DNA of 64,000 bases, taken from the NCBI GenBank assembly GCA_009929445.1, contig SAAL01000001.1:13885-77884 (forward strand). Reading direction: 5' to 3'. Shown piece after piece: positions 41,679-52,202 of this stretch. The first letter of the stretch is position 1. Each line of letters starts with the position of its first letter. Both the position numbers and the translations under genes were made by a program. The stretch comes from Bacteroidia bacterium (GTDB lineage: Bacteria > Bacteroidota > Bacteroidia > Bacteroidales > Paludibacteraceae). The notes beneath the pieces were generated by a model. It was not told the origin of the DNA. It saw only the letters and a program-made list of their open reading frames with translations, and did not search any database.

Positions 41679-42845
41679 ATGGAATACAGACTAAATAACG
41701 GGGGCTGCTGCATGAATAAAAAAGGCTGTAGCAAAGCTTCCGGCAAAAAATTAAGTGTTTACGACTGGCTCTGCGATCTGCCCGAAACGATAAAAGAAAC
41801 AGACCTGGTAGAAGTGCAGTTTAAAAATACCCGAAAAGGTTATTACCTCAATAACTCACAGCTCGAACTGCAGAAAGGCGATAAAGTTGCGGTGGAGTCA
41901 TCTCCCGGACACGATATTGGCGAAGTGACCCTCGTAGGGAAACTTGTACTTCTTCAGATGAAGAAAAACAACATCGATACTTCGAAGTACGAAATCAGAA
42001 AAGTGTACCGCAAAGTGCGTGAAATGGATATGGAAAAATACAACGAAGCCAAATCCAGAGAACAGGAAACAATGATCAAAGCACGTCAGATTGCCGAAAG
42101 CCTTCATCTGAGCATGAAAATTGGCGACGTGGAATTTCAGGGCGACGGCAACAAGGCCATTTTTTATTACATAGCCGACGAACGGGTGGACTTCAGGCAG
42201 TTAATCAAGGTTTTTGCCGAAACTTTCAGGGTGCGCATCGAAATGAAACAAATTGGTGCTCGTCAGGAAGCCGGAAGAATTGGGGGAATAGGACCGTGCG
42301 GACGTGAACTTTGCTGCTCCACCTGGATTACCAGCTTTAATACAGTATCCACCAGCGCAGCCCGTTATCAGGACCTGTCGCTCAATCCGCAGAAACTTGC
42401 CGGACAATGCGGCAAACTGAAGTGTTGCATGAACTACGAGCTCGACAGCTACATGGATGCGCAGCGCAATCTGCCTTCACGTGAAATAGAACTTGAAACC
42501 AAAAACGGTACTTTTTATCATTTCAAAACGGATATTTTCAAAGGGCTCATTACCTATTCTTCCGACAGAAATATGGCATCCAATCTGGTTACTATCTCTT
42601 CCGAAAGAGCAAAAGAAATTATAGCCATGAACAAAAACGGCAAAAAACCGGATGAACTTCTTACGCAGACTGTCGAAAAAAAGAAATCAACCGAATATGA
42701 AAACGTGGTGGGGCAGGATAGTCTTACACGATTTGATACTGAAAAAAAACAGGGTAAAAATCCCCGAAAAAAACAACTGAAACCCCGATTCAACAACGAT
42801 AAATCCAAACCGAACCATAATCCGAAAAACAATGAAGGCAAATAA
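41679..42845 (+). CDS. PSP1 domain protein (RicT/YaaT-like)
   Basis: 388-aa ORF with VDFRQLIKVFAETFRVRIEMKQIGARQEA and GPCGRELCCSTW. It directly follows holB, as in many bacteria. Confidence 0.8.
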   Translation: MEYRLNNGGCCMNKKGCSKASGKKLSVYDWLCDLPETIKETDLVEVQFKNTRKGYYLNNSQLELQKGDKVAVESSPGHDIGEVTLVGKLVLLQMKKNNIDTSKYEIRKVYRKVREMDMEKYNEAKSREQETMIKARQIAESLHLSMKIGDVEFQGDGNKAIFYYIADERVDFRQLIKVFAETFRVRIEMKQIGARQEAGRIGGIGPCGRELCCSTWITSFNTVSTSAARYQDLSLNPQKLAGQCGKLKCCMNYELDSYMDAQRNLPSREIELETKNGTFYHFKTDIFKGLITYSSDRNMASNLVTISSERAKEIIAMNKNGKKPDELLTQTVEKKKSTEYENVVGQDSLTRFDTEKKQGKNPRKKQLKPRFNNDKSKPNHNPKNNEGK

Positions 42846-43302
42846 AATTCTTGCTGTTTTTTTGTTGATTGGTATCCTCGCATCCTGCAATCGTAACGAA
42901 GTCTACTTCGATTACAGGACGGTAGATGCTGGCGGCTGGAGTAAGGACAGTCTGCAGGTTTACAACATTGATGTGAAAGATTCGATTTCAAAATTCAATA
43001 TTTACCTTCACGTAAGGCATTACGGCACTTATCCTTATCAGAATTTATGGATGTTTATAGATTACAAGGATATGAAAGACAGTATCCCGAAGCACGATAC
43101 CATTGAATGTTATCTGGCCGATGAATATGGAAAATGGATTGGAAACGGAACAGGTGCTCTCCGGGAATTGCCTGTTTTCATCAGGAAGAATGTTCAGTTC
43201 CCCTCAGGCGGGAAGTATCAGATAAGTATCCGGCATGGAATGCGTGATTCTTTGCTCACCGGAATCAATAAAATAGGTATAAGAGTAGAAAAATCCGAAT
43301 AG
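42832..43302 (+). CDS. gldH: gliding-motility lipoprotein GldH-like
   Basis: 156-aa ORF with ILASC lipobox and YPYQNLWMFI. Its position after holB-PSP1 is the one I associate with gldH in Bacteroidota. Confidence 0.5.
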   Translation: MKANKILAVFLLIGILASCNRNEVYFDYRTVDAGGWSKDSLQVYNIDVKDSISKFNIYLHVRHYGTYPYQNLWMFIDYKDMKDSIPKHDTIECYLADEYGKWIGNGTGALRELPVFIRKNVQFPSGGKYQISIRHGMRDSLLTGINKIGIRVEKSE

Positions 43303-43356
43303 AAATTTCAGGATTCGAATTCTTGTCACCTTTTACATGTTTTCAAAATAAATAAG

Positions 43357-44100
43357 ATGGGAAAAAACAAACTGGCAAAATTTGCCGAGTTGGACACATT
43401 CCGGCACGTTTTTCAGGTGCCTACCTCTGTATTGTTATCCGGCGACGGATTTGAATGGAAGGGAAAATGGAGCGAAATGTTTTTCAAAAACAACAATCCG
43501 ATAGTACTCGAACTGGGCTGCGGCAAAGGAGAATACACCGTAGAACTGGCTGAACGCTTTCCGGACAAAAACTATATCGGAGTAGATATTAAGGGCAACA
43601 GAATCTGGACAGGGGCCACCAAAGCGTTGAAATCCGGATTGGAAAACGTTGCATTCATCCGTACAAACATCGAGATGATTCACCATTTTTTCTCCGCGAA
43701 TGAAGTGAGTGAAATCTGGCTAACTTTTCCGGATCCGCAAATGAAAAAAACCAGCAAACGGCTTACTGCCACAAATTTCATTCGCTCCTATCTGAACTTT
43801 TTGAAACCCGAAGGTGTTATTCACCTGAAGACAGACAGTAATTTCATGTTCACTTACACCGGTGAAATGGTTAAAACAAACCGCTTCCCGGTGGTTGATT
43901 ATCAGGAAGATATATATGCATCCGAATCGGTAAGCCCTATTCTCAATATCAAAACTTACTATGAACAACAATGGCTGGAGCGTGGAATTGCCATTAAATA
44001 TATCAGCTTTATGCCCCTGAAAAACAGCGAATTGCTCGAACCTGACTTTGAAATTGAGCCCGATTCCTATCGGAGTTTCAAGCGCAACAGGAGGGTTTAG
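43357..44100 (+). CDS. trmB: tRNA (guanine-N7)-methyltransferase
   Basis: 247-aa ORF with [15 protein letters not shown] and FPDPQMKK. Confidence 0.85.
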   Translation: MGKNKLAKFAELDTFRHVFQVPTSVLLSGDGFEWKGKWSEMFFKNNNPIVLELGCGKGEYTVELAERFPDKNYIGVDIKGNRIWTGATKALKSGLENVAFIRTNIEMIHHFFSANEVSEIWLTFPDPQMKKTSKRLTATNFIRSYLNFLKPEGVIHLKTDSNFMFTYTGEMVKTNRFPVVDYQEDIYASESVSPILNIKTYYEQQWLERGIAIKYISFMPLKNSELLEPDFEIEPDSYRSFKRNRRV

Positions 44101-44145
44101 ATTTTTTTTTAAAAAATATATCAATTTACCGTTCATCCATAAAAA

Positions 44146-45258
44146 ATGAATATTTACCCAAATTTAATTCTCGAAGCCCTTCAGCATGTACGCTATCCAG
44201 GCACCGGCAAAGATATAGTGTCTTCAGGCATGGTTCAGGACAATATCCGTATTGACGGCAAAAAGGTGAGTTTTTCGATACAATTTGATAAACCAAACGA
44301 CCCGTTTGCCAAATCGGTGGTAAAAGCCGCTGAGCAAGCCATCCTTACATACATAAGTTCGGATGTGGATATCAAAGGAAACATCAGCATTACAACCATA
44401 GAGCAGCCCAAACCTAAACCCTCTTCCATTCTTCCTCAGGTGAAAAATATCATCGCAGTGTTTTCGGGTAAGGGCGGTGTGGGAAAATCCACCGTTTCTT
44501 CCAACCTGGCTATTGCGCTGGCAGCACACGGATATAAAGTGGGATTGCTGGATGCCGATATTCACGGACCTTCCATCCCCAAAATGTTCGGTGTGGAGAA
44601 CGAGCAACCGTATGTAGAAGAAAAAGAGGGGAGTCAGAAGGTTATTCCGGTTGAAAAATACGGAGTAAAACTGCTCTCAATCGGTTTTTTTGTGAACCAG
44701 GAAAGCGCTCTGGTGTGGCGTGGAAGCATGGCCAGCAATGCACTCAAACAACTCATTACCGATGCCGACTGGGGCGAACTGGACTTTTTTGTAATGGACC
44801 TTCCGCCGGGTACAGGTGATATACATCTTACACTCGTACAGACCATGGGAATCACCGGAGCAATAGCTGTAACTACTCCGCAGGATGTAGCACTGGCAGA
44901 TGCACGAAAAGGGATAAATATGTTCACCGGCGATAAGGTGAATGTTCCTGTGTTGGGACTCGTTGAGAATATGGCCTGGTTTACACCCGCCGAACTGCCC
45001 GAAAACAAGTACTTTATTTTCGGAAAAGACGGAGGTAAACGCCTTGCAGAGGAACTCAAAATCCCGCTGCTGGGACAGATCCCGATTGTTCAATCCATCC
45101 GCGAAGGCGGCGATACCGGAGTGCCTGCAGCTGTCAACGACAACAGTATCATCGGGATGGCTTTCAGAAACCTGGCTGCTCATGTAATTCAACAGGTGGA
45201 AATCAGAAATAAAACCATGGATGCTACAAAAAAAGTGGAAATTACAAGGCATTGGTAA
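44146..45258 (+). CDS. Mrp/NBP35 family Fe-S cluster carrier ATPase
   Basis: 370-aa ORF with an N-terminal DUF59-like region, SGKGGVGKST and DLPPGTGD. Confidence 0.85.
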   Translation: MNIYPNLILEALQHVRYPGTGKDIVSSGMVQDNIRIDGKKVSFSIQFDKPNDPFAKSVVKAAEQAILTYISSDVDIKGNISITTIEQPKPKPSSILPQVKNIIAVFSGKGGVGKSTVSSNLAIALAAHGYKVGLLDADIHGPSIPKMFGVENEQPYVEEKEGSQKVIPVEKYGVKLLSIGFFVNQESALVWRGSMASNALKQLITDADWGELDFFVMDLPPGTGDIHLTLVQTMGITGAIAVTTPQDVALADARKGINMFTGDKVNVPVLGLVENMAWFTPAELPENKYFIFGKDGGKRLAEELKIPLLGQIPIVQSIREGGDTGVPAAVNDNSIIGMAFRNLAAHVIQQVEIRNKTMDATKKVEITRHW

Positions 45259-45330
45259 GAAAAAAAAATGACAAATAGAGATATTTTAAGAAAAAAACGC
45301 AGAAAATGTTTGTTTTTTTTAAAAATGTAT

Positions 45331-45338
45331 TATATTTG
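45331..45338 (+). promoter_or_regulatory. -7 box (TAnnTTTG) for the ompA-family gene
   Basis: TATATTTG, 43 nt upstream of ATG 45381. Confidence 0.45.
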
Positions 45339-45380
45339 TGAGTTGTTAATTATTGAAATATTTATCAAAAATAATAAATT

Positions 45381-46730
45381 ATGAAAAAAACAATTATCCT
45401 CGCACTTACACTGATGATGACATTAGGGGTTTTTGCCCAGAATTATCAGGATTGGTCAAGATGGTCAATCGCCATAGAAGGTGGTTTAAATCGTTTTGAT
45501 GGAGACGTGACCCAAGACAAAGGTTATACCTTAGACGTTGTTCCGGGTGCTAAAACAAAATTAGCATTAGGCGGTTTACTGGAGTATAATTTAACTCCTG
45601 TTTGGAGTATTGGGGCAGACTACTATTACCTGCCTTTAGCCGGAACAGGTAGTTATTATAATTTTGAAACGAATATGCATAATGCCGGTTTTTTTACATC
45701 ATTTAATCTGATTAAAGCTTTTTTTCAACATTCAAATACGAGATGGGCTTTGCATGCAAATATAGGTTTAGGTTACTCATGGCATACAATTAATTATCAG
45801 ACAAAAACGGACGATGATTGGGTATCAGGAGTTAAAACGCTGATATCAAACGGAAAACCCATAGTGAAAGGAGCCGGTGGTGTGCTTTTTGAGGATTGGG
45901 ATGTGACAGATACAAAAGGTAATGCTATGGTTATCCCAATGTCAATGCTGCTGGAGTATAATATCTCAAATAGCTTAGCTGTGGGATTGAGAGGACAATT
46001 CCGCGGTTATAATAAAGATGATATAGAAGGAAGGTACAGGTTTAATACCAATGATGCGCTTGAAATGGCAACACTTGGACTTCGTTATAAATTAAACGCA
46101 AATATAAAGGATCATCTGAGAAATATCAGTGTTGCAAAATTCAGAGGCGATGTTCAAAAAACCGATCTGGATCGTCTGCAAGATCAGATCAACGGCATTG
46201 TCATTCCGGCCGATCCGACCGAAAGGCTGGATAATCTCGACAGGCGTGTGCAGAAACTCGAAGACATACTCTGTCCGGATGATCCGGATACAGATGGCGA
46301 CGGAGTACCTGATTGTCGTGATAAAGAACCGAATACTCCGGCTGGTAATCAGGTGGATTTCTGGGGAAGAACCATCAAGACAGCGGTAGCAGATGAAATA
46401 TTCGACGAAAAAGCATTCATTTATTTCGAATTCGATAAAACAGACCTGGACACTGAAGCTCTGAAAGCTGTACAAATTACCGCTGATAAACTGAAAGCTG
46501 ATCCTACATTGATAGTCGAAGTTCGCGGATTTACCGATAATATGGGCACCGACGAGTATAACCAAGGCCTGAGCCAGCGCCGCGCCGATAAAGTGAAAAA
46601 CGAACTGGTAAATACTCACGGAATAGAAGCCGACAGAATTATTGCAAATGGTAAAGGTAAATTTAATCCTACCGACAATATTGCAAAATACAGACCTTAC
46701 CGTACCTGCGTATTCTTCTACAATAAATAA
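45381..46730 (+). CDS. OmpA family outer-membrane protein
   Basis: 449-aa ORF with a signal peptide, a thrombospondin type-3-like DPDTDGDGVPDCRDKEP and an OmpA C-domain (GFTDNMGTDEYNQGLSQRRADKV). Confidence 0.8.
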   Translation: MKKTIILALTLMMTLGVFAQNYQDWSRWSIAIEGGLNRFDGDVTQDKGYTLDVVPGAKTKLALGGLLEYNLTPVWSIGADYYYLPLAGTGSYYNFETNMHNAGFFTSFNLIKAFFQHSNTRWALHANIGLGYSWHTINYQTKTDDDWVSGVKTLISNGKPIVKGAGGVLFEDWDVTDTKGNAMVIPMSMLLEYNISNSLAVGLRGQFRGYNKDDIEGRYRFNTNDALEMATLGLRYKLNANIKDHLRNISVAKFRGDVQKTDLDRLQDQINGIVIPADPTERLDNLDRRVQKLEDILCPDDPDTDGDGVPDCRDKEPNTPAGNQVDFWGRTIKTAVADEIFDEKAFIYFEFDKTDLDTEALKAVQITADKLKADPTLIVEVRGFTDNMGTDEYNQGLSQRRADKVKNELVNTHGIEADRIIANGKGKFNPTDNIAKYRPYRTCVFFYNK

Positions 46731-46755
46731 CCTGAATACTCTAAACTAAACCAGG

Positions 46756-46785
46756 ACCCACCTAATAAGTGGGTTTTGTTTTTTT
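46756..46785 (+). terminator. Intrinsic terminator after the ompA-family gene
   Basis: ACCCAC ctaataa GTGGGT followed by tttgttttttt. Confidence 0.65.
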
Positions 46786-46806
46786 AAATAACAGATAATT
46801 TTTCAC

Positions 46807-46814
46807 TAATTTTG
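46807..46814 (+). promoter_or_regulatory. -7 box (TAnnTTTG) for fmt
   Basis: TAATTTTG, 21 nt upstream of ATG 46835. Confidence 0.45.
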
Positions 46815-46834
46815 CACCATTAATTTTATTCTAA

Positions 46835-47785
46835 ATGAGAAAAGAAGATTTACGTATTGTGTTTATGGGCACACCCGAATTCGCGGTGGAGAGCCTGAAA
46901 GCATTGGTGGAAAATAACTTCAATGTAGTGGGAGTGATCACCATGCCCGACAAACCTGCCGGGCGCGGTCATAAAATGCAATTCTCAGCCGTGAAAGAAT
47001 ACGCCCTTTCTCAGAATTTACCCCTCCTGCAACCTGAAAAACTGAAAGATGAAGCATTTCTGCAAGAGCTGAGAAACCTGCAAGCCGATTTGCAGATCGT
47101 TGTCGCTTTCCGTATGTTGCCTGAGATTGTATGGAACATGCCTCAATACGGAACCTTCAATCTCCACGCGTCCCTTCTGCCGCAGTACAGGGGTGCCGCA
47201 CCCATCAACTGGGCAATCATCAACGGGGAAAAAGAGACTGGTGCCACCACTTTCTTTCTGACCCACGAAATTGATACGGGAAAAATCATTCTTCAAAGGA
47301 CAATTGAAATCGGGGAGGACGACAATGCCGGAACCATACACGATAAGTTAATGGTGATGGGTGCCGGAATGGTTACTGAAACAGTCGGTTTGCTGTTGGA
47401 AGATAAGATTGATGCCATTCCGCAGGAGAAACTGATAAACGACGATATTGAACTGAAAAGTGCACCCAAAATTTTCAGGGAAACCTGTCAGCTGGATTTT
47501 GGGATGACGGTTGAAAATGCTCATAACTTTGTACGCGGTTTATCTCCCTATCCTGCCGCGTGGGCCGAACTGAAATTCCCGGAACTCGAAGAACCTTTGG
47601 TATTGAAAATATTCGAAACAAAACCCGAAATCACCGCTCACAACCTGAAACCGGGCACTGTGTTATCGGATGGGAAGAAAGAAGCCAAAATAGCGCTTGC
47701 GGATGGATATCTGCACCTCATCAGCATACAGGCACCCGGGAAAAAGCGCATGAATACCGGCGATTTTTTACGCGGATTGCATTAA
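46835..47785 (+). CDS. fmt: methionyl-tRNA formyltransferase
   Basis: 316-aa ORF with RIVFMGTPEFAV and HASLLPQYRGAAPINWAI. Confidence 0.95.
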   Translation: MRKEDLRIVFMGTPEFAVESLKALVENNFNVVGVITMPDKPAGRGHKMQFSAVKEYALSQNLPLLQPEKLKDEAFLQELRNLQADLQIVVAFRMLPEIVWNMPQYGTFNLHASLLPQYRGAAPINWAIINGEKETGATTFFLTHEIDTGKIILQRTIEIGEDDNAGTIHDKLMVMGAGMVTETVGLLLEDKIDAIPQEKLINDDIELKSAPKIFRETCQLDFGMTVENAHNFVRGLSPYPAAWAELKFPELEEPLVLKIFETKPEITAHNLKPGTVLSDGKKEAKIALADGYLHLISIQAPGKKRMNTGDFLRGLH

Positions 47786-47858
47786 AACCGTAAAATATAC
47801 CATGTTCATGGTATAAAAATCACACACAAAAGCGATTGTGGCATAACTTCGCTTCCAT

Positions 47859-47866
47859 TACTTTTG
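47859..47866 (+). promoter_or_regulatory. -7 box (TAnnTTTG) for cysK
   Basis: TACTTTTG, 39 nt upstream of ATG 47905. Confidence 0.45.
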
Positions 47867-47904
47867 TATTATTAAAATTCAACAAATAAATAACACAAAA
47901 TAAT

Positions 47905-48852
47905 ATGGCAAAAATAGCGAAAAAACTCACCGAACTGGTTGGTAATACGCCTTTGCTGCAATTGAGTAATTATTCGGACAGCAAGCATCTCCTGGCAAAT
48001 GTAATCGTAAAGATTGAGGCCTTCAATCCCGCCGGTTGCGTTAAGGAACGTATTGCGCTGGCAATGATTGAAGATGCAGAGAAGAGCGGGTTGCTCAAAC
48101 CGGGCGCGGTAATCATTGAACCCACCAGCGGAAATACGGGAATAGGCCTGGCGATGGTGGCTGCCATTAAAGGTTACAAACTCATCCTTACCATGCCCGA
48201 AACCATGAGCGTGGAGCGTAGAACACTGCTCAGGGCACTCGGCGCTGAAATCGTATTGACACCCGGCGTTGATGGCATGAGAGGCGCGATAGCGAAAGCC
48301 GATCAGCTGGCAGCCGAAAGTGAACATGCATTTATCCCACAGCAATTCGACAATCCTTCGAACCCCGAAATACACCGCACCACAACTGGCGAAGAAATCT
48401 GGCGCGATACCGACGGACAGGTCGATATCTTTGTGGCGGGAGTAGGCACCGGCGGCACGGTAAGCGGAGTTGGACATGCCCTCAAAGCGCATAATCCCAA
48501 CGTGAAAATCGTTTCTGTGGAACCTTCGGACTCGCCCGTCCTTTCGGGTGGTAATCCCGGAGCGCACAAAATTCAGGGCATAGGAGCCGGATTTGTGCCG
48601 AAGAATTATTTTCCTTCGGTGGTCGATGAGGTGATACAGGTTAGCAACGATAATGCCATCCTTACCGCGCGTCAGTTGGCGCAGCAGGAAGGACTTCTGG
48701 TGGGAATTTCGTCAGGCGCATCCGCGTATGCCGCGACTGAACTGGCTCTTCGCCCCGAAAATAAGGGAAAGAACATTGTCGCCCTGCTTCCCGATACCGG
48801 CGAACGATACCTCTCCACATTGCTTTACGCTTTTGAAGAATATCCATTGTAA
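47905..48852 (+). CDS. cysK: cysteine synthase A (O-acetylserine sulfhydrylase)
   Basis: 315-aa ORF with [25 protein letters not shown] and GTGGT. Confidence 0.9.
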   Translation: MAKIAKKLTELVGNTPLLQLSNYSDSKHLLANVIVKIEAFNPAGCVKERIALAMIEDAEKSGLLKPGAVIIEPTSGNTGIGLAMVAAIKGYKLILTMPETMSVERRTLLRALGAEIVLTPGVDGMRGAIAKADQLAAESEHAFIPQQFDNPSNPEIHRTTTGEEIWRDTDGQVDIFVAGVGTGGTVSGVGHALKAHNPNVKIVSVEPSDSPVLSGGNPGAHKIQGIGAGFVPKNYFPSVVDEVIQVSNDNAILTARQLAQQEGLLVGISSGASAYAATELALRPENKGKNIVALLPDTGERYLSTLLYAFEEYPL

Positions 48853-48855
48853 TGT

Positions 48856-49005
48856 GGCCCCCCGGCCCCCTGAAGGGGGAGTTGTTGAGCATTAATACAA
48901 AGTTAATACGCAATTAGAATGTTCATTTTAAAGACACTTTTATAAAACTATATATCTTCAATATATGCTCTGTGAGCCCCCCCCTGAGGGGGATTTAGGG
49001 GGGCC
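48856..49005. repeat. Inverted pair of GC-rich repeat units between cysK and metY
   Basis: The left unit is 48856-48881, GGCCCCCCGGCCCCCTGAAGGGGGAG. The right unit is 48976-49005, GCCCCCCCCTGAGGGGGATTTAGGGGGGCC. Confidence 0.8.
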
Positions 49006-49042
49006 GTTAATAGTAAATTCATAAATTATAAATATAAATATT

Positions 49043-50317
49043 ATGTCAGACAAAAAATTAAAATTTGAAACGTTGCAAATACACGCAGGACAAACGTTAG
49101 ACCCCACAGGCGCACGCGCCGTGCCTATTTACCAGACAACATCGTATGTATTCGACAATGCGGAACAGGCAGCAGGGCGATTTGCTCTGACTGATGCCGG
49201 AAATATTTACACCCGGCTTACCAATCCCACCACTTCGGTGGTCGACGAGAGGGTGGCAGTACTCGAAGGCGGAACTGCCGGTATTACAGTGGCATCCGGT
49301 TCGGCGGCCATTACCTACGCCATTCTCAATATTGCCGAAGCTGGCGACAACCTCGTTTCTGCCGGTACGCTCTATGGAGGTACATACAACCTGTTCAGCG
49401 TTACCCTGCCAAAACTGGGAATTACCACCACATTTGTTGATCCAGACGATGTTAGTAACTTCGAAAAGGCCATCGACGACAAGACCAAAGCGCTTTACAT
49501 CGAAACCATCGGAAATCCCGGCGCTAATCTGGTCGACATTGAAGCCGTTGCCGAAATCGCGCATCGTCATAACATTCCGCTTATCGTGGACAATACTTTT
49601 GGTACTCCCTACCTCATCCGTCCGATAGAATACGGAGCCGATGTCGTGGTACATTCTGCCACCAAATTTCTGGGCGGACACGGAACAACGCTGGGCGGCG
49701 TGATTGTCGAAAGCGGTAAATTCGACTGGAAATCGGGTAAGTTCCCGGGCTTCACCGAACCCGACAGCCATTACAACGGACTGGTTTTCGGCGATCTGGG
49801 CGGCATTGCCTTCACCACCAAAATTCGCGCTCAGGTCTTGCGCGACACCGGCGCGTGCATCAGCCCAATCAATTCATTCCTCCTTTTGCAGGGAATTGAA
49901 ACGCTCTCACTTCGCGTGGAACGGCATGTGGAAAATGCCCGCAAAGTGGTCGATTTTCTGGTCGCTCACCCCAAAGTTGCCTGGGTGAATTATCCTAACC
50001 TCGAAGGAAGCAAATACAAGGCCTTGGCCGATAAATATTTCCCCAAAGGCGCAGGTTCCATCTTTACATTCGGTGTAAAAGGGGGCAAGGCTGCCGGAGG
50101 AAAATTCATCGATAACCTGGAACTGTTCTCCAACCTGGCCAACGTAGCCGATGCCAAGTCGCTGGTTATCCATCCTGCTACCACCACACATGCGCAGCTC
50201 AACGACGAAGAACTGATTGCAGCAGGTGTAAGCGCCGACATGATACGCCTGTCGATAGGCATTGAAAACATCGACGACATCATTGCCGACCTGGATCAGG
50301 CACTGTCGCAGATTTAA
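49043..50317 (+). CDS. metY: O-acetylhomoserine sulfhydrylase (aminocarboxypropyltransferase)
   Basis: 424-aa ORF with YQTTSYVF and [11 protein letters not shown] (PLP lysine). Confidence 0.9.
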   Translation: MSDKKLKFETLQIHAGQTLDPTGARAVPIYQTTSYVFDNAEQAAGRFALTDAGNIYTRLTNPTTSVVDERVAVLEGGTAGITVASGSAAITYAILNIAEAGDNLVSAGTLYGGTYNLFSVTLPKLGITTTFVDPDDVSNFEKAIDDKTKALYIETIGNPGANLVDIEAVAEIAHRHNIPLIVDNTFGTPYLIRPIEYGADVVVHSATKFLGGHGTTLGGVIVESGKFDWKSGKFPGFTEPDSHYNGLVFGDLGGIAFTTKIRAQVLRDTGACISPINSFLLLQGIETLSLRVERHVENARKVVDFLVAHPKVAWVNYPNLEGSKYKALADKYFPKGAGSIFTFGVKGGKAAGGKFIDNLELFSNLANVADAKSLVIHPATTTHAQLNDEELIAAGVSADMIRLSIGIENIDDIIADLDQALSQI

Positions 50318-50375
50318 TCAGACTTATTCTCACACACAAAAAAACAGTGGTTCAAAAAACGGATCGCTGTTTTTT

Positions 50376-51341
50376 TTATGTGTTAATGTAACCTTTCGAG
50401 TGCAGATAACCGGCCAGATATTCCTGCTCGGTTTGCCCGGGGGTGGGTATCAATCGGGCTTTATTCAGACAATTCAGCGCGTTCAGGTCCATGATGGTGG
50501 TGTAACCCGAACGGGAAATAATTTCTTCGCAGCCCATCAGTACAGCTGTCAGTTCGGTGGTATTCATATACCGAACCACGGTCAGATTTCCGGTTATTTC
50601 TTTTCTGAACGGTTCGGAACCCGGTTTCCCCTGAACAATCAGCGTCTTCTTATCCGAATTTTTATAGGCAGCGATTAATTCGTTTTCAAACAGTGTCCGT
50701 TGCGGTTCCATTCCCGAAAGTACCGCTACAATCTGAAAACCTGCATCAGCTGCAGTAAGTTTACAGTCATTAAATCTCGACAGTGTTCCAATAAACTTCG
50801 CGTTGGCAGGCAGCGCGTATTTATGCGACAAATCTCCCGAAAGTCCTCCATCTTCTGCAAAATCGGGTATCCAACATTCATCATATTTGTTGATGATTTG
50901 CTTGTGCATTGCGTATCCGAGTGGTTCAAGTCCCTTCAATCCTTTCGGCATTTTTACCATCACCTGATGCGTGATGTAAATGGAATGAATGTCCCGGTTC
51001 CACAGTCCGAACCGGTTGTCGGAAATAATCACATCGAAATGTTCCCGCCTGAGCAGTTCTTTCAGCCACTTGTTTTCGGCATAAATCCCTTTCAGGAGTT
51101 TGGGTAGGAATTGCACCATAGCCATCACCTGCGATTTCCGTTTCGAATAGCGTATCGGGTACGAGGGAAGTTCAAGGGTTCGCAAACCGGGAAATTCCTG
51201 CCGGAGAAATTCCAGCGGATAACCGTCGGCGCAGATCACCACTTCGTTTCCCGCGGCAAGCTCATCGCGGATAACCGGCACACACCGTGTGGCGTGTCCC
51301 AGCCCCCAGTTAAGCGGACAAACCAGGACTTTCTTTTTCAT
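50376..51341 (-). CDS. glycosyltransferase (GT28/MurG-like fold)
   Basis: I prefer ATG 51341 (MKKKVLVCPLNWGLGHATR...). The ORF-track extension to 51437 overlaps the pdxH end. It has a C-terminal ISRSGYTTIMD. Confidence 0.6.
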   Translation of the reverse strand: MKKKVLVCPLNWGLGHATRCVPVIRDELAAGNEVVICADGYPLEFLRQEFPGLRTLELPSYPIRYSKRKSQVMAMVQFLPKLLKGIYAENKWLKELLRREHFDVIISDNRFGLWNRDIHSIYITHQVMVKMPKGLKGLEPLGYAMHKQIINKYDECWIPDFAEDGGLSGDLSHKYALPANAKFIGTLSRFNDCKLTAADAGFQIVAVLSGMEPQRTLFENELIAAYKNSDKKTLIVQGKPGSEPFRKEITGNLTVVRYMNTTELTAVLMGCEEIISRSGYTTIMDLNALNCLNKARLIPTPGQTEQEYLAGYLHSKGYINT

Positions 51342-51402
51342 GATTATTCTGAAACTCTTATGGAGATTGATAGTTGAAAGTTCAGACTGATTTTTTATAT
51401 CC

Positions 51403-52044
51403 CTACGGCGCCAACCGTTCAATTTTCCAGCTTCCATCTTCCTGCAAGGTATAAAGCAGGCGGTCGTGCAGGCGGTTTGGTCGCCCCTGCCAAAACTCGA
51501 TGGCGGTTGGTTTCACCCTATAACCTCCCCAGTGCGGCGGTTTTGGGATTACACCCCGTTTGAACCGTTCGTTGTAGTAGTCAAAAGTTTCTTTCAGCCA
51601 GCTTTTACCGGCTATCACCAGGCTTTGTGTCGATGTCCACGCCCCGAGCTTGCTTCCCTCCGGACGGCTGTTGAAGTAGTCGATGCTTTCCTGAGTACTT
51701 GTTTTTTCGGCTATTCCGGTGATACGGATTTGTCTTTCCAGTTCTTTCCAGAAAATTACCAGACACACATTCGGATTTTCTTCCAGCTCATGACCTTTGG
51801 TGCTTTTGTAATTGCTGAAAAACACAAACCCACGCTCATCAAACGCTTTCAACAGTACGATGCGGGCATTCGGAACTCCTTTGCTTACGGTGGCAAGTGT
51901 CATGGCATTTACTTCCGATATGTCGGAGTGGATGGCTTCGTTCCACCAGATTTCAAACATATCGAAGGCATTCCGTGCGGCATCTGCTTCGTCAAGACTT
52001 TTTTTGGAATAATTGATGCGTATATCAGCTATATTTTCGTGCAT
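51403..52044 (-). CDS. pdxH: pyridoxamine 5'-phosphate oxidase
   Basis: I prefer ATG 52044 (MHENIADIRINY...). It has ARIVLLK and IEFWQGRPNRLHDR. The ORF-track extension (MHLNSPFRGLGGS...) is a read-through of a repeat unit. Confidence 0.9.
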   Translation of the reverse strand: MHENIADIRINYSKKSLDEADAARNAFDMFEIWWNEAIHSDISEVNAMTLATVSKGVPNARIVLLKAFDERGFVFFSNYKSTKGHELEENPNVCLVIFWKELERQIRITGIAEKTSTQESIDYFNSRPEGSKLGAWTSTQSLVIAGKSWLKETFDYYNERFKRGVIPKPPHWGGYRVKPTAIEFWQGRPNRLHDRLLYTLQEDGSWKIERLAP

Positions 52045-52062
52045 AAATAATGGACTTGAGCT

Positions 52063-52202
52063 GCCCCCCAACCCCCTAAAGGGGGAGTTTAGGTGCAATA
52101 TATTATATTTTGAAAAAATGAATGTTGCAGTTTTATTACTACATCAATAAATATTATAATTTTTCATACCCTCCAATATTCCCCCTTCAGGGGGTTGGGG
52201 GC
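52063..52202. repeat. Inverted pair of GC-rich repeat units between the pdxH start and the DUF3267 gene end
   Basis: The left unit is 52063-52087, GCCCCCCAACCCCCTAAAGGGGGAG. The right unit is 52178-52202, TTCCCCCTTCAGGGGGTTGGGGGCC. Confidence 0.85.

Noticed and set aside
47797-47814. Perfect palindrome ATACCATGTTCATGGTAT after fmt, considered as a terminator.
   Set aside because: It is followed by an A-run, not a T-run, on the fmt strand, so it does not fit an intrinsic terminator. It may be a protein-binding site, but there is no supporting evidence.
52045-52098. N-terminal extension of pdxH (MHLNSPFRGLGGSSSPLF) given by the ORF track.
   Set aside because: The extension is simply a repeat unit read in an open frame. 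PdxH homology starts at the internal ATG 52044.
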